Shown: positions 24,890 to 32,000 of the stretch, piece by piece
Layout of the letters: each line of letters starts with the position of its first letter
How positions within the stretch are numbered: the stretch's first letter is position 1
NCBI RefSeq assembly: GCF_000010625.1
Contig: NC_010296.1
Span: 900,001 to 932,000 of the forward strand
Length of the DNA stretch: 32,000 nt
DNA from: Microcystis aeruginosa NIES-843
GTDB lineage: Bacteria; Cyanobacteriota; Cyanobacteriia; Cyanobacteriales; Microcystaceae
Direction: 5' to 3'
Notes under the pieces: model-generated
Databases searched by the model: none
What the model was told of the DNA's origin: nothing
The model's input: the letters and a program-made list of their open reading frames with translations, nothing else
Program-made: the position numbers and the translations under genes

Positions 24890-25816
24890 TTATTCAGAGA
24901 GGAATCGTCTGATTAAATCTTCCCGTGAAGACTCTAATAATAAACGACTAGACTCCATCGGTGATAACTTGAGCAACTCATCAATGACTTTTATTAAAGA
25001 CTCATCCAATTCTCCAAACCTCACTTGCATTAAATTTTCAATAATTTGTCGTTGTCCTTGTTGAAGTCCTTGTTGAAGTCCTTGTTGAAGTCCTTGTTGA
25101 AGTCCTTCTCGTTTGGTCGCCTCTTTCCACTCTAAATAAGATTGAGATAAAGCCATAAATACCTCCCTATCTTCTGATTCTAAAAGATTGTTAATTTCAA
25201 CACTCACACGCCAACTGATCAATAATTCCATGACATTTTGACGGAAGGAATCGCCAGATGGCAACTCAAGCAACTCTCTCACCGCTTGGCTTTGGGTTTT
25301 CCCTCGTCCCAACAATCTTAACAGTAAAGTGTCTGGGGTAATAGGTAACTGATTAATCGCTATAATTGCCGTTCGGTGAGAGGGAGATAAAAAGTAAATC
25401 CCTTCTGTCCAGTTTTCTAGTTCTAATTTAGCATCAAAACTCTCTAGGGTCTGGAAACTAATAGAAGTAGCCAAAATCCATAATCTAGGTAAGTCATCCT
25501 CGTTTAACTCAGTTTTTTCCCGTTTCCCTTTCCGTTGAAGTTCAGCGAAAATCGAAAACAGTTTTAAGATACAGTTGCGAATTTCCGTTCGATTGGGAGC
25601 ATTGCGAAAAGGCTCAAGCAAAGTGCTTGTTGTCACCATTTGCCCTAAAAGACCCAAAGATTGAGCATTTCCCCGCATATTAGGGTGAGGAGAGAAGAAA
25701 ATATCCACCTGACGGGTTTCATCCGCCACCTCTTTGCTGACTTCCACCTTTCCCAGGGGAGACAGCAATTCTTCTAGGTATTGTTTGGCAAATTGGTCGT
25801 GAGGTTGTCGAGTCAT
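24890..25816 (-). CDS. Rpn-family / DUF4351-type PD-(D/E)XK putative recombination-promoting nuclease
   Basis: 308 aa. The N-terminus HDQFAKQYLEELLSPLGKVEVSKEV..ETRQVDIFFSP and the C-terminal tail IIENLMQVRFGELDESLIKVIDELLKLSPMESSRLLL match the cyanobacterial family as I recall it. Confidence 0.75.
   Translation of the reverse strand: MTRQPHDQFAKQYLEELLSPLGKVEVSKEVADETRQVDIFFSPHPNMRGNAQSLGLLGQMVTTSTLLEPFRNAPNRTEIRNCILKLFSIFAELQRKGKREKTELNEDDLPRLWILATSISFQTLESFDAKLELENWTEGIYFLSPSHRTAIIAINQLPITPDTLLLRLLGRGKTQSQAVRELLELPSGDSFRQNVMELLISWRVSVEINNLLESEDREVFMALSQSYLEWKEATKREGLQQGLQQGLQQGLQQGQRQIIENLMQVRFGELDESLIKVIDELLKLSPMESSRLLLESSREDLIRRFLSE
25055..25102. repeat. 4 x 12-bp perfect tandem repeat encoding (GLQQ)4 within the Rpn-like gene
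   Basis: TCCTTGTTGAAG repeated four times on the + strand. It translates on the - strand as LQQGLQQGLQQGLQQG. Confidence 0.9.
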
Positions 25817-25911
25817 GTCTTCAATCTTAGATCAGAAAAGACCCGACCGCACCCGACCCATTTCATAACCTCAGCTTATCAATGGTATAAGTAACAATAG
25901 TTTCAAACCCC

Positions 25912-25940
25912 TTTACAAACCGTTACAAACTCTCTAAGAT
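25912..25940 (+). promoter_or_regulatory. Candidate psbA promoter, copy 2 (TTTACA-N17-TAAGAT)
   Basis: Same sequence as 477-505. Confidence 0.55.
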
Positions 25941-25989
25941 AGAGACATCATCAATCGTACCTCGATAACTTAATAGGAATCATAAACCA

Positions 25990-27072
25990 ATGACCACCAC
26001 TCTACAACAGCGCGAGAGCGCTTCCCTGTGGGAGCAGTTCTGTCAGTGGATCACCAGCACCAACAACCGCTTATACATCGGTTGGTTCGGTGTCATCATG
26101 ATCCCCACCCTGCTCACCGCCACCACCTGCTTCATCATCGCCTTTATCGCCGCTCCTCCTGTAGATATCGACGGTATCCGCGAGCCTGTAGCCGGTTCTC
26201 TACTTTACGGAAACAACATCATCTCCGGTGCGGTTGTTCCCTCCTCCAACGCGATTGGACTCCACTTCTACCCCATCTGGGAAGCTGCTTCCTTAGATGA
26301 GTGGTTATACAACGGTGGTCCTTACCAGTTAGTCATTTTCCACTTCTTACTAGGTGTCTTCTGCTACCTCGGTCGTCAGTGGGAACTGTCTTTCCGTTTA
26401 GGAATGCGTCCTTGGATCTGTGTAGCTTACTCTGCACCCGTATCCGCCGCTACTGCTGTATTCTTAATCTATCCCATCGGACAAGGTTCCTTCTCTGATG
26501 GTATGCCTTTAGGAATCTCTGGAACCTTTAACTTTATGTTCGTGTTCCAAGCAGAACATAACATCCTGATGCACCCCTTCCATATGTTAGGTGTTGCCGG
26601 TGTGTTCGGCGGTTCCTTGTTCAGTGCGATGCACGGTTCTCTAGTAACTTCTTCCTTAGTGCGTGAAACCACTGAAATCGAATCTCAGAACTACGGTTAC
26701 AAATTCGGTCAAGAAGAAGAAACCTACAATATCGTTGCCGCTCACGGTTACTTCGGACGTTTAATCTTCCAATACGCTTCTTTCAACAACAGCCGCTCTC
26801 TGCACTTCTTCTTAGGTGCTTGGCCGGTAATCGGTATCTGGTTTACGGCGATGGGTGTTAGCACCATGGCGTTTAACCTCAACGGTTTCAACTTCAACCA
26901 GTCGATTCTCGATTCTCAAGGTCGTGTAATCGGTACTTGGGCCGATGTGCTGAACCGCGCTGGTATCGGTATGGAAGTAATGCACGAGCGCAATGCTCAC
27001 AACTTCCCCTTAGACTTGGCTAGTGGTGAACAGGCTCCTGTAGCTCTGATTGCTCCTGCTATCAATGGTTAA
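25990..27072 (+). CDS. psbA: Photosystem II D1 protein (Q130 form), copy 2
   Basis: 360 aa, with protein sequence identical to copy 1. The DNA differences I found are all synonymous third-position changes. Confidence 0.98.
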   Translation: MTTTLQQRESASLWEQFCQWITSTNNRLYIGWFGVIMIPTLLTATTCFIIAFIAAPPVDIDGIREPVAGSLLYGNNIISGAVVPSSNAIGLHFYPIWEAASLDEWLYNGGPYQLVIFHFLLGVFCYLGRQWELSFRLGMRPWICVAYSAPVSAATAVFLIYPIGQGSFSDGMPLGISGTFNFMFVFQAEHNILMHPFHMLGVAGVFGGSLFSAMHGSLVTSSLVRETTEIESQNYGYKFGQEEETYNIVAAHGYFGRLIFQYASFNNSRSLHFFLGAWPVIGIWFTAMGVSTMAFNLNGFNFNQSILDSQGRVIGTWADVLNRAGIGMEVMHERNAHNFPLDLASGEQAPVALIAPAING

Positions 27073-27091
27073 TTCCTAGTCTGAACGAAAA

Positions 27092-27121
27092 GGCACTCCC
27101 GCAAGGGGGTGCTTTTTTGTT
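27092..27121 (+). terminator. Rho-independent terminator of psbA copy 2
   Basis: Same hairpin + T-run as 1657-1686. Confidence 0.75.
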
Positions 27122-27159
27122 GTTAGAATTGGGGAACAATGAAAAACGCTGCAAAATGC

Positions 27160-27345
27160 GGTTCTTCGTTACTTGGTATGGTTCAATAGGGGGGCATAAA
27201 TCGACTAAATCCTTATCTGGCAAGAGACTTAATTGATTAGTTCGCTCTAGATCGAAAACAATTGACATAAATCCCCGAATGTCTTTCTATATAAGAGTTT
27301 CATTCCTTGTAACCCTGTCCGTTGCATAAGACAAACCGAAGAACC
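27160..27345. mobile_element. About 186-bp MITE with ISL3-like termini
   Basis: Ends are GGTTCTTCGTTACTTGG (27160-) and ...CAAACCGAAGAACC (-27345). Both resemble the GGCTCTTCG(T/G) termini of the ISL3 element at 7724-9145. No ORF and no clear TSD. Confidence 0.55.
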
Positions 27346-27451
27346 GTATTATTGATATGGCTTTCCTAGACAGCCCCGCTACTTGTCACCCTTTGCAAAA
27401 ATTTTCTCAAGAATATCCCGAGCAAATTCCGCTATCGCGGTTGAGGTATTG

Positions 27452-29023
27452 CTACTCGATTTTATAGAGATAGGCTTCTGGGGTTTCCAGAAGGGAAGTC
27501 ATCCGGCGATCGAGAGGGGGGGTTTTGGCGAGGGTAAAAATTGGAAATAAATCGTTCATTTGGATAGCCATTTTAAATTTCGGCTGTATATAATAACTAC
27601 CCGATGGGCAGGCATTGGTTATCGTTAGCTCTCTTTTGGTCATAAAGGTATCGATATAATCGTACTGACCGCGCTCTTTTCTTTTGCCTTTCTTAGCTGG
27701 ATCGCAAAGGGTTGAACCGACCGGAATCTGATTGATAATTGCCACTGTATCGGCCACGGATAGGAGCCTTTCGGAACCGTATTTACTGGCAAGATAACGT
27801 TGATTGAAATAGAGATTAGTTGCGATAGAATAGCCGATGATAATTGCTAGAAATAGAGCGAGGATCCTGTGGAAAGTCTTAGTAAAGTTTAGATAGGCCA
27901 GACTAGCGATCGCCAACAGGATAGGAGCAAACCAGAGTAAGATTTTACGATGGGAATAAAAATGCTCATCAGGATAATTAGAGGAAGCATAGAGAAAAAT
28001 TATCCAAGTAATCGCCAAAAAGCCGATCAGTGTTTTATTGCCTCGATATTTTTTGATGACTATGTATAGAGAAATGCCGAAAAAAATCACCGAAACTACA
28101 ACATTGAAAATCGATATATTGTCATTCAAAAAAAATACTTGATTACCCAGATAAACCGTTTCCCAAATCGCTTTAAATAGACGAGTGAACAGATTGCTCG
28201 ATGGTTCACCGCTCGCCCCCTTCGCCGTGAGTGCTCTCACGATTCCCCTCGTATTAGCGAAATTCCGAACGATCTCACTGTGCCAATACATAAATAAGGC
28301 GAGATTTGCCGAGATAATCGATAGAAAAGGCAAAAGACATTTACGAGTATTCTTGCGATTTTGATAAACAAACCATAGAGAGGCGATAACAGAAGTCACT
28401 GGGATAATTAACATCGTGGTGGTGTGTAAACTCACCAATATAGCGACGGTAATCCCGAAGAATATCCAAGCTATAGCCTGATAGAGCAGCGGCTTACTCG
28501 TTTCCATCTGGAACCGATAGAGTAAAGCAAAAACGAGCAGGAAAAAGGGTATTGGGCTAGGGGCCCAGGAAAAATTATTAATAAAATAGTCCGCATAAAT
28601 CGTGCTATACCAAAATCCTGCCAAACTGGACAGGAGAAGACGTTTATCTTGTTCTACATTTTCTAAAAGTTGATAAACAAAGTAGATTAAAAGGGGAATC
28701 GATAGGAAAGAAAATAGTCCATTGGTAAGGACTTGAAATTCGGGAGCAGTACCGAAAATTGTCAGAGGAAACCCTAAATAAAAATAGAGGGGGGGAATTG
28801 TGAATCCATATTTTCCACCCCCCCCTGGTGGTCCCAATTGAGGAAAGTTTCCCTTCCACATATCCATCCAAATAGAACCAATGGTAATCTGATCGGGATC
28901 GGGTCCGATATCGAAGGTAACGTATTCAAAGATACTGACAATCCTCGTGAAAAAGGCAAAGGCGATCGCTAGAATCCCTAAAATCAGTGCCGTTACTCGG
29001 ACTTTATTGATTGATTTCCCCAT
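27452..29023 (-). CDS. Polytopic membrane protein, probable GT-C-fold (family 39/ArnT-like) glycosyltransferase
   Basis: 523 aa with more than 10 hydrophobic segments, aromatic-rich loops and a soluble C-terminal ~110 aa. The function is inferred from architecture and the rfb neighbourhood only. Confidence 0.55.
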   Translation of the reverse strand: MGKSINKVRVTALILGILAIAFAFFTRIVSIFEYVTFDIGPDPDQITIGSIWMDMWKGNFPQLGPPGGGGKYGFTIPPLYFYLGFPLTIFGTAPEFQVLTNGLFSFLSIPLLIYFVYQLLENVEQDKRLLLSSLAGFWYSTIYADYFINNFSWAPSPIPFFLLVFALLYRFQMETSKPLLYQAIAWIFFGITVAILVSLHTTTMLIIPVTSVIASLWFVYQNRKNTRKCLLPFLSIISANLALFMYWHSEIVRNFANTRGIVRALTAKGASGEPSSNLFTRLFKAIWETVYLGNQVFFLNDNISIFNVVVSVIFFGISLYIVIKKYRGNKTLIGFLAITWIIFLYASSNYPDEHFYSHRKILLWFAPILLAIASLAYLNFTKTFHRILALFLAIIIGYSIATNLYFNQRYLASKYGSERLLSVADTVAIINQIPVGSTLCDPAKKGKRKERGQYDYIDTFMTKRELTITNACPSGSYYIQPKFKMAIQMNDLFPIFTLAKTPPLDRRMTSLLETPEAYLYKIE

Positions 29024-29371
29024 AAGTGTCGGTATTTTTATCCTAAAATTGTCTGGTAGCTTCGTGACCGTATCCCCGAATATTTATCTTCGCATGGTAG
29101 CACGAATTTCTAGTCCTACTCGGTCAGGATTATAGCGTTAAAGATGAAGTATAACCTGATTTAGCATTACTGGCCGACTCCCCAAAACGAAAACTTCGTA
29201 CCTCACCATGAAGATAACTGCTATAAGATTTAAGGGCCTGTTTAGCAATAAACTGGGTACACTCGCTTAACAAAAATTTTTTTAGACAGATCTTGGACAC
29301 AATCAGGAATCCCGTGTTAAACTGCCTCGATAAGATGATGTCACTCTCAAAGCCCTTCACTATAGAATCTA

Positions 29372-30202
29372 ATGGTAATACAATCGGTCAGTTTAACAGT
29401 TAAGGACTATAAGTCTAACATTCCCGTCGCCATCTTGTGTGGTGGCAAAGGAACCCGACTGCGGGAAGAAACCGAATTTCGACCTAAGCCGATGATTGCC
29501 ATCGGAAATCGACCGATTATTTGGCATATCATGAAAACTTATGCCCAATATGGGTTAACTGACTTTATGCTCTGTCTAGGGTACAAAGGGGAAATAATCC
29601 GGGACTATTTCTTTAACTATGATTGGAATCAAAGTGATGTCCTCTTAGAGTTAGGCAATAAAAAAGTGACCAAACTCGATAGTGGACATGATGAGGAGGA
29701 CTGGCGTATTTGGTTAGTTGATACGGGACAGGAAACCATGACGGGAGGCCGTCTTAAACGTCTCACCTCTTATATAGATCAAAGTGGAAGTGATATCTTT
29801 TTAGCCACCTACGGGGATGGGGTTTGTGATGTGAATATTGGGGATCTGTTGGATTTCCATTACTCTCATGGTAAATTAGCCACCTTGACGGCGGTCCGTC
29901 CTCCTTCTCGCTTTGGCGAGTTAGTGATTGAGGATAATCTAGTCAGTCAATTCCAAGAAAAGCCCCAAACGACTGAGGGATGGATTAATGGGGGGTATTT
30001 TGTCTTAAATCGCAAGGTTTTGGATTTAATTGAGGGAGATGCGACGACTTTTGAAGCACAGCCCCTAAGAACCCTGGCTGCTTTGGGAGAACTCGCCGTC
30101 TATAAGCATGAAGGGTTTTGGCAGTGCATGGATACTTACCGAGAAATGGAAATGCTCAATCACCTTTATGACACTGGACAAGCTAGATGGAAAATATGGT
30201 AG
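29372..30202 (+). CDS. rfbF: Glucose-1-phosphate cytidylyltransferase
   Basis: 276-aa ORF. VAILCGGKGTRLREETEFRPKPMIAIGNRPIIWHIMK.Y..YG..DF.LCLGYKGE.I.DYF.NY...MTGGRLKR...TYGDGV.DV...LL.FH...GK.ATLTAV.PPSRFG...E.WINGGYFV are RfbF hallmarks. Confidence 0.9.
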   Translation: MVIQSVSLTVKDYKSNIPVAILCGGKGTRLREETEFRPKPMIAIGNRPIIWHIMKTYAQYGLTDFMLCLGYKGEIIRDYFFNYDWNQSDVLLELGNKKVTKLDSGHDEEDWRIWLVDTGQETMTGGRLKRLTSYIDQSGSDIFLATYGDGVCDVNIGDLLDFHYSHGKLATLTAVRPPSRFGELVIEDNLVSQFQEKPQTTEGWINGGYFVLNRKVLDLIEGDATTFEAQPLRTLAALGELAVYKHEGFWQCMDTYREMEMLNHLYDTGQARWKIW

Positions 30203-30411
30203 AGGAAGCATTTTAGCCTGGCAAAAAGGTCTTTATCACGGGTCATACTGGCTTTAAGGGGTCTTGGCTGGCGTTTTGGTTACTCCATCTGGGGGCAGAG
30301 GTAAAAGGCCTCAGTTTAGCCCCCAATACCACCCCCGCCTTAGCTGAGTTAGTGGCTCGTTTAATCGCCTCATGGCAACCGAATGTAATCTTTCATTTAG
30401 CGGCGCAATGA
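30196..30411 (+). pseudogene. rfbG: Remnant of CDP-glucose 4,6-dehydratase (premature TAG, internal and 3' deletions)
   Basis: The ATG at 30196 overlaps the rfbF stop. MVEEAF*PGKKVFITGHTGFKGSWLAFWLLHLGAEVKGLSLAPNTTPALAELVARLIASWQPNVIFHLAAQ*. The Rossmann GxxGxxG N-terminus is present, but only about 70 codons remain of an expected ~360. Confidence 0.65.
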
Positions 30412-30453
30412 TCGTCTTATACTGAACTCAGGTCATGGACAGATAGTCAATCC

Positions 30454-31806
30454 TTGAATAGCAGGAGGCACAAAGTGGACATAGTAAATTCAATACATCT
30501 CCAGATTAGGAAAATGCTCAAAAAGCAATCAAAAATTGATGGCAGATTTTTGGTAGTTGCTGCACTTTTAGGATATTTTGGGTTATTGTATCTAGCTAAT
30601 TTTTTTGTTCCCTATCACAAGTTTTGGAGGAAACTAGGGGTTCCTGCGGTTAAAAGCCCTTTTATCGATCTTGCAGCCGTATTAGGGGCTTTTGATTGTG
30701 ATCGATTGACAGGCGAAGTTTCCCTAACAAATAATTCCTGCTTCACTCAAATAGCTTATCCTAGTAGTTGGTCTTCATTAACTTGGCTGGGGTTAGAGCA
30801 GCGTGATACTATATTTTGGGGAGTTTTCTTTGCTTTAATCTTTTATGTTATAACTTTAATCATCATTGGCCGATTAAATTATCAAGAAGCTGTAGTTTAT
30901 GCCCTAATTTTATGCTCACCACCGGTAATGCTTTTAGTGGAACGTGGCAACGTAGATATTGTTATCTATTCTTGGCTGGGTGTCGCACTAATGATAATTA
31001 AGAATAGCCGAGCATTAATTTTTAGGTTGTGCGCCTATTTATTAATATTTTTTTGGGGGGTTGTTAAACTATTTCCAATTTTTGGACTGGCGGTAATTCT
31101 TAAAGAAAAAAGAAATCTATTTCTGTTCTTGTCGGCTATTTTTACCACTGCTTTTATTACTTATTTTCTCGCTAGTATAGGGGAGATTAAAACTATCTCA
31201 CAAGCATTTGATGTTGAGCGTGTTTGGTTTCGTTTTGGCCATCAAGCCCTCTTTTTGAAAGTCAAACCTTTTCTATCAAATCTTTCTCTATTTACTGGCG
31301 GCGAAACTGATATTAAAAAGACGATCAGATATATAATTTATATAATTATGAGTTTATTAACGCTATTAATCTTGACCAGAGTTTTATTGTCGAAATTTAA
31401 GATTTTTCAAGAATGGCTTAGTTCCGATTTTGTCTCAACGGATTCGGTTCAATCTTTAGATAAAAGTCAATATATTGATTATTTCCGTCTTGCAGCAGGC
31501 ATTTATTTAGGAAATTATCTGGTTATTGGCCTTGTTATGGATTATAAATTAACTTTTCTAATCTTTGCCCTTCCTCAAATCTTGGATTGGATTAAGCAAG
31601 AAAATCAGTTAAGCTTGTCTTCCAGTATGGCTTTAGTCGCTATAGTGGTAACCTTTTACGCGAGTCCATTCTTACATCCTTGGGCAATTGATGAAATTAT
31701 CAATTTGCTCTTATTTGTCAATCTATTATACATTTCACTTTTCTCTATACCTGAATGGCTAAAATTTTTAGTCCATAAGAGATTATCTGGCAAATTTTCT
31801 GGATAA
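30454..31806 (+). CDS. Polytopic integral membrane protein of unknown function (likely start ATG 30514)
   Basis: 450-aa ORF with about 10-12 hydrophobic segments. Given the rfb context it may be a glycan polymerase or transferase, but I recognise no motif. Confidence 0.6.
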   Translation: MNSRRHKVDIVNSIHLQIRKMLKKQSKIDGRFLVVAALLGYFGLLYLANFFVPYHKFWRKLGVPAVKSPFIDLAAVLGAFDCDRLTGEVSLTNNSCFTQIAYPSSWSSLTWLGLEQRDTIFWGVFFALIFYVITLIIIGRLNYQEAVVYALILCSPPVMLLVERGNVDIVIYSWLGVALMIIKNSRALIFRLCAYLLIFFWGVVKLFPIFGLAVILKEKRNLFLFLSAIFTTAFITYFLASIGEIKTISQAFDVERVWFRFGHQALFLKVKPFLSNLSLFTGGETDIKKTIRYIIYIIMSLLTLLILTRVLLSKFKIFQEWLSSDFVSTDSVQSLDKSQYIDYFRLAAGIYLGNYLVIGLVMDYKLTFLIFALPQILDWIKQENQLSLSSSMALVAIVVTFYASPFLHPWAIDEIINLLLFVNLLYISLFSIPEWLKFLVHKRLSGKFSG

Positions 31807-31868
31807 AAGTTTAACCACAGCCTAATATCATTTTTCAAAAGTGATGACAGACTTAGTTGATTATTCCA

Positions 31869-31906
31869 AAGCGCAATTCCGCTCTCGGAAAGGAATTGCG
31901 CTTTTA
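31869..31906. terminator. Stem-loop terminator (perfect 10-bp stem), potentially bidirectional
   Basis: AAAGCGCAATTCC-gctctcggaaa-GGAATTGCGCTTTT, with an A-run 5' and a T-run 3'. Confidence 0.65.
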
Positions 31907-32000
31907 GATGTTAGTCACGACTATTGAAAATTGGTATAATATATAGCAAAACCAAATGAATTGTAAAAGCTCCTCATCCCTAACCCCTCTCTCACTCTGG

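Larger units (their letters stand above)
25903..27159 (+). repeat. psbA duplication unit, copy 2
   Basis: See 468-1732. Identity ends exactly where the ISL3-like MITE begins (27160). Confidence 0.95.

Overview
This is a cyanobacterial accessory region, judged from psbA, several HIP1 GCGATCGC octamers and the gene content; a Microcystis-like genome is my guess. Two direct repeats of about 1.26 kb (468-1732 and 25903-27159) each carry a psbA gene with the same promoter and terminator. The two D1 proteins are 100% identical, 360 aa, with Q130. Between the repeats lies about 24 kb of defence-type genes and an insertion-sequence graveyard.

The main non-mobile content is as follows:
- a Uma2 endonuclease
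- a RelE/YafQ-type toxin-antitoxin pair
- a divergently transcribed STAND P-loop NTPase
- a tightly coupled vWA / PP2C / Ser-Thr kinase operon, i.e. TerY-P triad architecture

The kinase gene is broken by three independent insertions. These are a 182-bp MITE, an ISL3 element, and a 14.4-kb unit bounded by two IS1380 copies. I could reassemble the gene in frame across all junctions, with its 3' end at 24033-24386.

The IS1380-bounded unit contains the following:
- an IS630 and an IS1634 nested in IS1380 copy A
- the 3' half of a type I hsdR gene, cut by IS1, IS701 and a second IS630
- an IS4/IS50-like element sitting in a 34-bp C6/G6 palindromic tandem array

Every IS boundary was read directly from terminal inverted repeats and target-site duplications.

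Right of the second psbA is a glycan locus: a GT-C-like membrane protein, rfbF, an rfbG remnant and a polytopic membrane protein.

The most interesting candidate is the STAND + vWA + membrane-anchored PP2C + kinase module. All family assignments rest on motifs I recognise by eye. No database search was possible.
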